From contig OX597842.1 in the NCBI GenBank assembly GCA_951406725.2, positions 21,638,001 to 21,702,000 on the forward strand: a DNA stretch of 64,000 bases, given 5' to 3'. This document shows, piece after piece, positions 12,830-26,258 of the stretch. Below the pieces are notes generated by a model. The model was not told the DNA's origin, ran no database searches, and saw only the letters and a program-made list of their open reading frames with translations. This DNA is from Octopus vulgaris. Taxonomy: Eukaryota. The translations under genes and the position numbers were made by a program. Within the stretch, counting starts at the first letter, position 1; each line of letters begins with the position of its first letter.

Positions 12830-15800
12830 ATGCTTAAATTAGGTTGTGTGAATGCGCGTTGCTTGGCGTCGGCTTGGAAGCAAGGTTACCTTCTAAACGA
12901 CATCAAGTCACTGAACGTGGATATAGTAGCTATCAGTGAAACCAGACTCAGTAAGCCGCGGGCCCTCGAGTCCATGTTTGACAATCAATTTGACATTTAT
13001 TTTTCTCCCTGTCTGCCGAACATGGGTGGTGGAGGTACTGCGGTGCGTTTTCGAAAGAGTCTAAATGTAAAAGTAAGAGCAATATTCCTAGACCCGGAGG
13101 GTAGGCTGGTTGTCTTGGACGTGGATGGAAGAAATGGATGTGCATTCCGTCTGATGGCAGTTTATGCACCCTCATTAACGGGTCGGGCGGATTTCTTCAG
13201 ACGTCTAGAGGTTTTCCTGGGTACGTCTAGACCTTTACTGTTAGTAGGGGATTGGAACGCTACCTTGGACACGCATCTAGATTATGTGGGAAGGGATAGG
13301 AATAGAAGGGGGTGTAAGAGCCTCAAAGACCTGCTCAGACGTTTCCATTTGTCTGACAGGTTCCGACTCGACCATCCGAAAGTGCCAACGTGGACTTGGA
13401 CAAACCGCGTCGGATCGTCGAGATCTTATCTAGATAGAATTCTATGCAGAACAGCGGATAGGGATAGTGTAGGATGTCCACAATTTAAAATAGTCAGCTA
13501 CACAGATCACAAATGTGTTACGTGTACGCTCGACTTAGATAAAACACATAGGCAGGGTCCCGGTTACTGGAAACTGAACACGTCGCTGTTAGCGCGACAG
13601 GTTTACAGGAACCGGATTAGCGAGTTAATTAAGAGGGCGCTGTCGTTAACAACCGCTGGTGGTACGCCCTGAAAATGTCAATAAAATCGGAATCAATTAG
13701 GTTTAGCAAGGAATTAGCGATAGAACGAAATAGAGTAGAGGGAGACTTAGTTAAGAAACTAGAAGAGGCACTTACCACTGGCAGCGCAACCAACGTGCTG
13801 GCTGCGAGGATGGCCCTCGACCCACACCTCAACGCCAAGCACGAAGGTTGCGTCGTCAGAGCTAAAATGCGTGCCTTAAGGAACGAAGGGATCGAAGCTG
13901 CGCGTGAGGCCCGGGTAGCGGAGCCGCAGCGTGGCAACAGAGCCACCATTCGGTCTCTAATAGATCAACAGGGATGCAGTTTACTCGAACCCGAAAGGAT
14001 GTGTGAGGCCTTTCAACAGACTTTGCTCGACTGTTTGGTGCGAGTGGTGGGTCGGAACGAGGGATGGATTTCAGTGCCTACCTGACCGACCTGCCGCGGC
14101 TCTCGGCAAGAGAAGCGGAGTGTTGTGAAAGTCCCATCACAGCCGCTGACGTGTGGGATGCGATGGCGGGCTGCGCGAGGGATAAGTCGCCTGGATTGGA
14201 TGGTTTACCACTACGAGCTGTATTGTCGAATGCCAGACTTGTTTGGCGACCTCTTCGCATCAGGCTACTGCAACTGGCAACAAAACGGGAGAATCCCCGG
14301 TTTCGTGAACCGAGGTGCAGTGACGTTGCTGAAGAAAGACCCAAACAAGGGGAATTTTATAGATAATTTCAGGCCCATCACTCTGCTCAACGCAGATTTG
14401 GAAAATTTTGGCCAAAGTAATAGCCGAGAGGTTGGCGCTTGTCATTGGTAAACTGGTCGACAGGGCGCAAACATGCGCCGTGCCGGGCAGAACCATACAT
14501 GACAACCTCCATCTGATGCGCTACATTGTGGACAGGGTAGTTAAGGATCCTGGCATGGGTGGGGGCTGATAAATTTGGATCAGTCTAAAGCCTTCGATAG
14601 GGTCGACCATCGGTACTTGGCGGCCGTCCTCAGGGCGGCTGGCTTCGGTCCCGTCTTCCGCGGTTGGATCGCTGCCTTGTATAGCGGCATCCGATCGGTG
14701 ATTCGGGTGAACGGTCACCTGTCGAAACCGTTTGACATCACGCGTTCGGTCCGTCAGGGGATGTCCCCTGTCGGCGCTTCTGTATGTATTGACTCTCGAG
14801 CCGATACTGCGGAAGCTGGCGACACTGAGGGGCATCCCACGGGAACTGGGTTGCGGGACGAGCGTGTCGGCATATGCGGACGATGTCACCGTCATAGTGT
14901 CGAGCGACAAACACATCAAGATGATAGGCGAGACACTAAGAAAATACGAAACGGTGACGGGAGCAAAGATTAACCCGGAAAAGTCAGTGGGTTTGCTACT
15001 CGGCACCTGGAGAAGCAAGCCCATGCCGTCCGACTGCGGCTCAGTAGTGGGACGCTGGACGGACGGACCGGTTAAATTGCTCGGGGTCTGGTTCAGTCCG
15101 GACCTCCAAATGGATAAGAACTGGGACGAGATCACGAGTAGAGTGGTCGCTCTCAGCCAAACATGGGCCGAGAGAAAGCTGTCTCTAAAAGGCCGGGCGG
15201 AGGTGGCGAACGCGTACATCGCATCCGTCATCGATTACCGCCTGACCGTCGTACCTTGTCCCGACGCCACCATCACCAAACTGGAACGCATACTCTTCCG
15301 CTTCCTGTGGAAGGGTGGCGTTCCGATGGTGAGGAAGTACATTTGCTGTCAACATCCGTTGAATGGGGGACTGGGCATGCCGTGGTTGATGATGCGCAGG
15401 CATGCGCTGAGACTGCGACATCTCTGGAAATTCATCGACGACGGTGAACAGATGTGGGCGCCGTTTGTGAGGCGCGACTTCCCGCAGCTCGTCTCACTGA
15501 CCGAACTGCAAACGTGGATCAAAAAGAGACCGAAACTGGGCGATTGGCACCGAGAGTGTCGCCAAGCTCTACAGCAGCTCTGCCGACCGGGGTCAAACTT
15601 GTGCAACTTCCAAACGACTAAAGCGTTCTATAGAGGACTAGTGGAGGGGAGGTCCGACGACACACTCGGGGCAAACCTGGGCGTCGACGAGGAATTCCTA
15701 ACCCGCCTGTTCAGAACGACGTTCGGGCCGGGGCCTATGGATAACTTACCCAGAAATCGAAAACCATCACCGGACCGGCCCGAGATACGGTCAGAGCGAC

Positions 15801-16196
15801 GAAACCGTTCTGCACGCACTCGTGCAGTGTCCAGATATTTCAGAGCTATGGTCCTTCGTCGAACAGCTGTTGTCCCGTGTAGGTCGGGCTCGCCTATCGG
15901 CCGAGTCTGTAGTAGGTATTGTTCCACCACCTTCCTTTAAACGGGAAGGGAAAACGGTTTTCGTTACGCTGATGGCTATGGCGAAAGAATGTGTGTGGTG
16001 GATGCGTTTGAAAGGACTGCAAACAAACACCTTCCTCTCTGGTCAGTCTCTCGTCAACTTTTTCAAGTACCACTTGAAAAGGAGGATGAGAATAGAGAGG
16101 AAGGCTTTGTCGAACGAATGTTTTAATAAAAAGTGGGTAAAAGTGGCAAAAATGGTCAGTATGAAAGACGACACTATTTTAAGCATAAATCTGTAA
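12830..16196 (+). pseudogene. Tx1 ORF2 (APE endonuclease, reverse transcriptase, C-terminal CCHC), disrupted
   Basis: EN motifs ISET, VYAP, GDWN, YLDRI, YTDH. RT motifs SPGLDG, FRPITLLNAD, LDQSKAFDRVDH, VRQGCPLS (frameshifted) and YADD at 14873-14884. Several frameshifts and a deletion before the zinc finger. Confidence 0.93.
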
Positions 16197-16302
16197 CCAA
16201 AAGAGACAACGAGAAGTAAGGCGACTTACACATGTGTTCTTTTTCGAATTGCCTTGGTCTTTTTTGTAGGTTTTTCTTTCCAAGGCTACACCTAAACTGT
16301 GA

Positions 16303-16349
<47 letters not shown>

Positions 16350-16591
16350 CGTTTTTATACACCACACAACCCACAGATCACTATTGATCAAACGTGTTTT
16401 TTTTTGTGCCCTACCCATCCCACCTCGAAAAGAAAAAAATTGTACATTGTATTTCGTCCATTTTTATTCTGTGTTTAGCCCTGTGTGGCTACAATAAAAA
16501 GTATCTATCTATCCATTATCTATCTATCTATCTTTCTATCTATCCATCTATATATCAATCTATCTATCTACCTATCTATCTATCTGTCTAT

Positions 16592-16639
<48 letters not shown>

Positions 16640-16836
16640 ATATCTAACTATCTATCTAGCCATCCATCCATCTATCTATCCATCCATCTATCTATCTATC
16701 TATCCGTCCATATATCACTTTATCAATATATCTATCAAGCGCCAGACAGATACGTAAACACATACACACATATACCAATATATATATATGTATATATCTG
16801 TGTGTGTCTATATATATGTGTGTGTGTGTGTGTGTC

Positions 16837-16871
<35 letters not shown>

Positions 16872-17571
16872 AACACTTTATACATATACTTCTTTCAGTA
16901 ATTTGACAATGGCCATGCTAGAGCCTTTATTCGAACCAATCAGCCCAGCATTTATTTGTTGAGAGACTAGCACTTATTCTCTCGGTGTCTTTTGCCGAAC
17001 CACTAAGTTACAGGGTGTGTAACACCAACATTGCTTATTAGGTGATCTTGAGGGAACACAAATATATACATAAATCTGTCTATATTTGTGTGTCTGTGCT
17101 TGTGCTAGCACTAGCCTAACCACTTTCCAACACCCAGACCACAAAACATCATCTACACACCCATACACAGTCATCTGCACACCCACACACTACAGACGCA
17201 CACAGCTATGCACGCATACATCCACACACCATAGTCATTAGCCCCTATCAACACACACACACACACACTTACACATTCTTACATACACATCCGCACGCAC
17301 ACCATTGTTTTGGGATCTCCAGTTGTTTATTATCTCCCCGACTCTCTATCTCTCCCGTCAAGCTATGTTTTTCCTAAACAGTTGCCATGCTTGATCCCTA
17401 AATCGACAGGATTTTTAATCACTTTTTGTTCATGTTCTCCTTTCACTTTCTGTTGAGGAGCATAGGCTCGAAAGTAAAAGAATTTCTCAATTTCCCGAGC
17501 GTCGAATCTAACACCTGTTTTCGACTTTTATTTTCCCGTAAATTTAATCTACCGACACACAAACACACACC

Positions 17572-17620
<49 letters not shown>

Positions 17621-18192
17621 CTCTATATTAAAAGGATGTGTGTTATAATACTATTCCACAACCATAGCAACAATCCAACATACCTGCATCATCAGCTACC
17701 CCACGGTAACCATCATGGTTTCGAAAGCTGGTCACTACCCTTCTATCCGGCGGTATGAACAGCACTAAAATAAGTGTTGTTTGGGAACAAAGAAATCAAA
17801 GAAACCACAAATTTCAACCACATTTACCCTATGTATAACCGTATCAATAAATACTTCTATAAGTAAATAACAACTCCTAAATACGTAACTAAACAGCTTG
17901 AAATCTTTTACATTATACAAAAATTATAATCTCTACCGTCTTCCGTAGATATGAAATGAAAGTAAAACATTAATGACCACAATAGTGCAATCAGTCAATA
18001 TATCGGAGAATGAAACACTCACTTCCACAGCATACCTCGAGAAAGGTGTGATCGGACTGAAAGTTCTCATAGAGTGAGAGAGTCCGGAAGCGAATAGTAT
18101 TAAATTTACATCTAATATAGGATAAAATTTCGAAAAAATGTTATCAATGGCCAGCACATTAAAAAAATGCCTTTAAAGGTTAAATTTACAAA

Positions 18193-18771
18193 CAACTTAT
18201 TAACGAGGACAAAGAAAAATAATCCAATGCCAAATATGCCGAAATAGACTTAATCGTCAATAACCATATAATTTATCACTATAAGCTCGCGTCTCGAAAG
18301 CAAGCCGATAGAATTTTCGAAAACAAATTTCGTTATTATCGGATCGATCCCCATTTCTGAGTTAATTCGTTTAGAATTTTCTCGTCATCAGCGATAAATA
18401 CGATAAGAGAATTCTCTAAGAGAATTTTCAGTCCGTTCACACGTGTCTCGAGGTCTGCTGCAGAATTTCTATTTTGGATATATTTGGAGTACTTAAGTGT
18501 GCTCATGACTTAGTGTTTACTTCTTCCATAGGTACAAGTAAGTATCTCATTTATTTTCTTATCGTATTTATCGCTGATGACGAGAAAATTCTAAATGAAT
18601 TAACTCAGAAATGGTGATCGATCCGATAATAACGAAATTTTTTAGAAATTTCTATCAGCTTGCTTTCGAGACGCGGGCTTATAGTGATAAATTATATGGT
18701 TATTGACGATTAAGTCTATTTCGGCATTTTTGGCATTGAATTCTTTTTCTTTTGCCCTTGTTTATAAGTTG
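18193..18771. mobile_element. Foldback/MITE-like element, most intact copy (~218 bp TIRs, ~140 bp spacer)
   Basis: 18193-18411 is the imperfect reverse complement of 18554-18771. Confidence 0.85.
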
Positions 18772-18814
<43 letters not shown>

Positions 18815-18815
<1 letters not shown>

Positions 18816-19179
18816 TAGCTGAAGGTGACCCGCACTACGCGCGAGTAAGTGTGCGTTTGTTACTTTCTGTTGCTTCCTTTCGGCACCTAAAAAGCACCAT
18901 CCGAACGTGGCCGATTGCAGCGCCGCCTTGAGTGGCTTCTCTGTCGTTGGCACTTAAAAAGCACCAACCGATCCTGGCCGCTTCCAGCCCCCCCCCCTGG
19001 CACCTGTGTCGGGGGCACTAAAAAAGCACCCACTACGCTCACACTGTGGTTGGCGTTAGGAAGGGCATCCAACTCTAGAAACACTGCCAGATCAGATTGG
19101 AGCCTAGTGCAGCCTCCTGGCTTCCCAGACCCCGGTCAAACTGTCCAACCCGTTCTAGCACGGAAAACGGACGTTAAAC

Positions 19180-19210
<31 letters not shown>

Positions 19211-20031
19211 CTCCCTCTTTGTTTCTCTCTCCTTTCTCTCTCACTTTCCCACTCTCTTACTCTTCCTTTCTCTCGGTCTCTCCCTCGCTTTCTCTTACTC
19301 TCTATCTTTATCTATCTCTCTCCCATTTATAAACAACAAAAGATCTTGAGTAAGTTGAGAAATAAAATATTTAGAAAGATCAATCATAAATATCAGGCAG
19401 TAACAACGGAAAGGTCTGCTTCAAGGCAGATAGCAAAACACTAACATTTAAAAGGGACAGATGAACTGGCGAGCTGAAAAATAATAATAAAATATTGGAA
19501 ACCAAAGTTTGAAGGGATAGAATCTGAGGATAGTAGAGTCACCATGGCTAACATTTCTTAACGACGGACAGCAACGGATTGACAGCTTAACAGCTGGCGT
19601 AAAATTTTGAACTTGATGTAAAAGAAAATTGGTAAAAACCAATTTTTGAAGTGATTCTTTCTCATAACATTAGACTCACCATGGCAAGCATGCAAAACTT
19701 CTTTATCATGGACGGAAACACATTGACGATTAAAAGGCTGGCGCAAATTTTTTAGCTTGATGTAACAGAGAATTGCTAAACACCCGCTCCTTTAAATTTT
19801 AATCCCCCTTCCAGCCCCATTTAGACACCTTTTCACATTTTGGTTAATATAACCCGATTTCATTCTGGTCTGCTGGGGCCACATTTTATAAGATGACAAA
19901 TTTTGTCCTAGATGTCACGCCTTTCATTTGAGGGAAAAAAATAGTTGTCATGCAAAACTTGCCAGCACTTTTAACATAGGTGTGCATATTTTCAGCTCAA
20001 CCGACCACATAATGCACACATTATATATATG

Positions 20032-20089
<58 letters not shown>

Positions 20090-20825
20090 GGAGTCTCATA
20101 CGTGAGCGTTGACGCTGAATTCGACTGGTAAGCAGGTAACCTTGTCTTTGTTGAAATAGTTGTGAGCTGCTGGAGTTATTTCTCTGACGGGTAATAGGAA
20201 TATCCATGTCTTCCGAGGAAACGAACTGTTGACCCAGACAATTAGAATTAATTTTAATAAAAGCATCAATTTAAGAAGAAATAATAAAGTAGTAAAAAAT
20301 GAAAATTTAGCACGAAATATTTGCAGGGTTCTAAATAAATGTTAAAATGTAATGGATACGAAAAACCTATGTTATCACCAGAACACGAACGCACGTTGGT
20401 GTGTTCTGTTTGTATTTGCTCCATCGGCGCGTTGACAGCCAGACAATAGAATGCGATGGCGAGATTCATAATATTTGTTGTCATGTGTTGGTGGTGGCAA
20501 TGATAATTCTCTCTATGAATGCAGACAGATACATAAGTGAAAGTTATGGGAAGGGAGGAAATAGAGTGAGTGAAAAGTGCTGGGAAGAGAGGAAATAGCG
20601 AGAGTGAGTTGAAAGACAGATACATTAAAGAACGTGAGAGGACTTGCCAAAGTGGGTTCTTGGCCCTATCAGTGACACCTTTTAAGATAGGGATTTCTAA
20701 GGTAGCCCACGGGCATCGTCACCTCATTTTACATGTCCCTGTAAATTTTGGAGTCAATCAGACGGGATGTAGTGGCGTTGAAAGGGATCCAAACGGTGGA
20801 AACGCATTTCAGTTTTATATATAGA
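18815..20825 (-). mobile_element. Non-autonomous Helitron (U2), nested SINE at 18882-19209
   Basis: CTAG at 18815-18818 with adjacent hairpin; A|TCTATATATAAAA start at 20825. Confidence 0.7.
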
Positions 20826-20838
20826 TTTATATAGAGAG

Positions 20839-21073
<235 letters not shown>

Positions 21074-21109
21074 ATGGATAGATATATAGATAGATAGATA
21101 GATAGATAG

Positions 21110-21156
<47 letters not shown>

Positions 21157-21165
21157 CTAGCTAGC

Positions 21166-21243
<78 letters not shown>

Positions 21244-21489
21244 TTTCATGCTTATGTGTCCATTTTTCTTGCTGACCTTAAGTCATTTTATCGCTACCAC
21301 TTTATTTATTCATAACTAACTTTAGATATTTTTTCCTCCGTTTAAATGCAAAACTCTATATAACACGGAATTCCAACTATAAATTTTGTTGCATTTAAAC
21401 CTTTCTTTAAATGCGACGGGATTAACTCTTCTCCGCTTCTCCAGCGGTAAACACGAGGATTGTTTTCATTTTTGCATGCTTTAATGACA

Positions 21490-23035
21490 ATGTCCGACAT
21501 ATGGGCGAATGAGCGTAGGTGCAACGTGGCAACGGAAAACAATTTGGTGTTGATGAATCAGGTGAGATGCGTTCTCTTCGATTCTAAGCAGATATTTGCG
21601 GCCTTTAGGGAACACGATGTGCATCAGTTTGTGGAGGTTAGTGGTCCATTGTCTACGAAGCTCTTAACCGTCTACGTAGACGGCTTGCGGCAACACTCGA
21701 ATGAAACTACGTCGTTCTACAAATGGTGGAAAATTGTTGCGGTATTCGAGATGCCGGGTTAGATGTCGCCATGGCTTGAGGATCAGCCTTACGCAGTTTA
21801 AAATCATTTGCCATAAATAGCAGTGAGTGCAATGGCATGTGTATATAACAAAGGGAAGAAGAACGAGATGATTCTTAGCCCTGATAAAAGGTGGGGGTCA
21901 CGGCAATGTTGAGAAAGAACTCAGAAAAAATGTATTTGATAATAATTTGAGACCCGTAATTAGGCTAAATGCCGAAGATTCCATATCAAAATCATCAAAG
22001 CACAACAGGTTCCTGCTTACACAGTACATCACAGACAGAATGAGTAACAAATGCGTTTCCAATGAAATCCTAATTTTGTGTTAGTCAAATGCCAACTGTT
22101 GGCGCCTGCACTGAAGGAAGCCGGATTCGGTCCTGTTTCCAGAGGCTGGATCGCAGTAACCTACAACAAATTTTGCTTGTTGGAACCATTCAAATGAACT
22201 GGAACTAAGAAGACCAGGCGAACAGGCTATAAGCAGAGAGGTAGTGTGGTGGCGAATACAGAACGGTTGAAGAGAGAGAGATAATACGATCAAACTCTCA
22301 TCGAAGCCTTAAAATTCCATTTAATATGACGGTGAGTGGAGTGAGAGAGAAATCCACACCACCCAGGTAAATGTAGTGAAAAGAGTGGGAATACTACACT
22401 GCACCTGTAAGCTGAGTCATACCGAGGAAGATGGAGTACTTGTAGTCGTAGTCTTGACCTAACTTTCTTTACAACATCTGCCATAATGGCATGGACGATC
22501 CTAAAATTACTTGAGTAGTTTATGACTGGGAGTCACATGAGTTTCAGCTTCGTCAGTCAACAAAGTTGGCCTCAGAAGCAGGTATACCTCAGTCAGTAAC
22601 GGTCACTTACTATCCATCATCTAGAAGACAGTGGAAAACCTGGGGAAGGTGTTTAAATTTAACCGGAGTGACACATAATCTAATTGTGAAAGCAACAAGG
22701 ATTCTGACAGGCGACTATCTACAGTGGACATGTGATGTCTCCCGGTAATTTTAAGACCTGGAGTTAAAAATAGAGCATCCGCCATGGATCATTTGGCAGT
22801 TCTCCGTACATGACATTTCAATATCCTCATTGAAGAGAAGGAAGCGATTTCCTATGAAAAAGGCTGAGCAACGTAGTCCTGAGTGGAAAATACAATTTGA
22901 AGCACTTCATAAGCAGCCTCAGAGAAAGCTTGGTTCTCTGTGATTAGATGTTGCGTTAGCGAGGCTTTCGGTACGAGGGCAATACATCACGGAATTGGAG
23001 TGCGGTGGAGGATTTCCTGGCTTCACATGTATGTG
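21490..23035 (+). pseudogene. Ancient Tx1-like ORF2 relic (U2)
   Basis: LKEAGFGPVSRGWIA at 22111-22155. Confidence 0.75.
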
Positions 23036-23644
23036 ATGAAAAACCTGATTTGGGTAGCACCACAACAACTCACTGTGACAAGTGGCCAGAAAGGTATAGG
23101 AAGTTACTGAAAAAGAAAGGTGTGTATGTCTTACTACTTTCATACTAATAGACAGTCTATGCTTTTCTTTTGTTTGTCATCTAACCTTATGGTTACTCTT
23201 ATTTTACGAGAGTGGCAGAAGCTTCTGCACACTCTTAAATCCTCACGTGGGACGTATAATTTATTTATATCTGCCTCTGGGAGATGCATGTAGTGTATCG
23301 TGACAGAATTGCTTTGTTTTGATTCGGTGATACACATCTCATTCGTGGACCATTTTATGGTATCAATGCTGCTGCCTAGAGGACCTCTATATAAGGTATT
23401 CATTGCATCAGTCTTTTCTTCAAATGGAAATAGGTTTTTGTGGTGGCGGCTCATAAGAATGCGGTGTGACGCGAGAAATCATATCAGCACATTCAATAAT
23501 AGAAGAGACTAGCCATAACAGTTTTAATATATCGACGGAATTAAATGCAGGAAGATGAGGAAGAAAATGCGGTGTTTGGGGATTTCATGAAGGAGATGAC
23601 CATAATGATGTTCAAAGAATACGATCTTGTTTTAAAACTTAAAA

Positions 23645-25099
23645 TTAAATACACAGTATTTTACGTAGGATATGGGCGGTTCCCATTAGCGCTATCTTTT
23701 GAGTTGCTGCCATTTTGGGGTTTCCTAGTATCTGAGATAGGTATGATTCAGGCCTTTTGCTATAATTCCTCGGGCAACTATGACAACAGGCATTGTTTTA
23801 CTTCTACATTTTGCTAATTTCTATTTCAACATCTTTACACTTGCTCAGTTTTGTAGGTTTTGATAGATTCTTTTTTTGTCGATTGGGACAGTTTTAAACG
23901 AGGAGGCATGGTTTTTCCTGTAGTTTTTCTATATAATGCCTGTTCTATTCGCATCTATCTTTCTGTCACTTTGAATGGCAAGGTTCTAGAGGTTAAGATG
24001 CGATCATCTTCAAGAACTGGAGTGTGTTCGGGTCCCCAACCGATTGTATCATGTGGCCCGTGTATGTTTTTGCAAATTAACTAGTAAATATGATGTGCTG
24101 CTCAATCATGCCTGTTGAGATATTCTGTATGCACAAGAAGACTGCACATGGAGACAACATGATCAATGGTTTCATTTTGTTGTTTACATACAAGACATGC
24201 TGGGTGACTGCCGTTCTTTAATATGGTCGTTTCTTGTAGGTAGGCCTAGATCTTGAGCTGCTATATTAAATCCGTCTGTGTCTGATTTTAAGCTAGAACA
24301 CACTAACCATTGATGGGTAATGTCTTTATCCACATCGGCACTATTAGCTCTCTTTGGGTATTTGCCATTGAGCTGTTTTCTTTGTCATTTATCTGTAAGA
24401 ATATCTAAATCAGATTCTTTGCATGTACTTTCATTCGCTTAGCTTTTTCTCTGCTTGTTTCTAGTACGTTTAATATTCTGGGATTTGCTGTATTTGGAAT
24501 TCACTTAGATATTCCTTTGCATATTTTATTACTTTGTATGACACTTTCTTGTTTTCGTGCTTTGAGAAAAGTTTTAACATTCAGTTATGAGAGTTGTTTA
24601 GGTAGGTGTCACGATCAATTGTGGCACTCTCCATTGTTAATTCCAATTGCAAATGTTACGGCCACCCTCTTTTCTTGGCAGGTAAAATCGTTCTACATCT
24701 GCTTTAGGGTGGTGCATTCTATGCATTGTCAACAATGTTCGTATTTTTCTGTCAAGATTACATATTTCAATAATTGACCCGTTAATGATATTGAAACAGT
24801 AAGTCACGCCTGCTATAGCAAAAGTACTGATCACTTCGATCTTGTGTCTTGCATTCAGCTCTGTCTTGAATATTGCTTTTACCCTGCGATAATAATCTAT
24901 TTTGATCCTTTCCCTCTTCACTGAATATTTGATCATGTCCACTTCAAATACCGATAAGTACATGTATCTCTCCGCTGGTTCTAATTCCTTTATGACATTC
25001 TGCCGGATGTTTCTGTCGTTTTTCCTTTGACAAATGTAGCTTTTGCTCATTTATCGAGGTAAAACGATAACGTGATATCATCAAAGAATTGTTTAGTAT
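23645..25099 (-). mobile_element. R4/Dong-clade relic (U2)
   Basis: ORF 24637-25050 contains LLTMHRMHHPKADVERFYLPRKEGGR. Confidence 0.85.
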
Positions 25100-26179
25100 C
25101 TCCCGCCCAAGACGAAACATTAAAGGACTATATATTTATCCACACATTTCAGGAATAAATATACATATTACTATATACGCACTTTTCACAATATACCAAA
25201 CAGTGATGTAGAACACAGAGACTTATGTAAACACACATCGTCACACACAAACACGCTCAACTCACACACACTCACATACATATATATATATAGAGAGATA
25301 ATGTGAGTTAGAGAAGGGAAAATGAAGGTAAAGAAAGAAAGATGGAAGATATTAAATTTGAGGAAATATATACTCAGGAATATACTATGAACAAGACTGG
25401 TTCAACTTACAACTCACGTAAGTTTGGAAGATTTGGAAGCCATCCATTTTCAATTTTCTCGATTGCATTATTGGATAGATATCTGAAAGATAATTTACAA
25501 AAAATAATATAGAAGTGATTAGTCATATATTTCAAATATTATGTCCAATGAAATAGCTGCTGAAATAGAAGAAAAATAAGTAGAAGTGAGACAATTTGGT
25601 GAAGACGATTATGAAAATGATAAGTGAAGATTATGAAGATATTAATGAAGATGTATGGCATTGTGTTAAATGATGGTGAAAGCGATAATTATTATGATGA
25701 GAGCATTGATGGTGACGGATTTGGTAGTGATGAAGTTGTTTCGGTCTGCTGGTATTGCACCTGTGGTTCCAGATTATGATATGGATGATGATAATGGTGA
25801 TGGTGACGATGATCATGATCACGATGATGGTGACGACCACCACGAGGAAGCAGACGATGATTATGATGACAATATTTACTGATGGTGTTCTTAATATTTG
25901 GAATGATGCTGATGATGAGGATGACGCTGATATACATAGGATGAGAATAGGAATAAAATTAACGACGAGCAGTTATTGATAAATGAGATTAAAAGGGTAA
26001 AGAAGACTAAACTAGAACTGGCGATATGTATCTATCTATCCATCTATCTATCTATCTATCTATCTATCTGTCTACTTATCTAACTATCTATCTATCTAAC
26101 TATCTATGTAGCCATCCATCTATCTATTTATCCATCCATCCATCTATCTATCTATCCATATATCTATCTATCTAGCTAT

Positions 26180-26258
<79 letters not shown>

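Larger units (their letters stand above)
10672..16501 (+). mobile_element. Full-length Tx1-clade (L1 superfamily) LINE, copy 1, ~5.83 kb, inactivated
   Basis: 5' UTR starts CGGACGTGCTGTCAC, then ORF1, ORF2 (APE-RT-CCHC) and a ~300 bp 3' UTR ending AATAAAAAG. Flanked by (TATC)n on both sides and absent from the matching site in other units. Confidence 0.93.

Noticed and set aside
21460-21762. Recurrent ~100 aa ORF (MFSFLHALMT...) as a tandem host gene family
   Set aside because: Starts at TTG, is interrupted in U1, U4 and U6, and aligns to Tx1 ORF2; recurrence reflects the array
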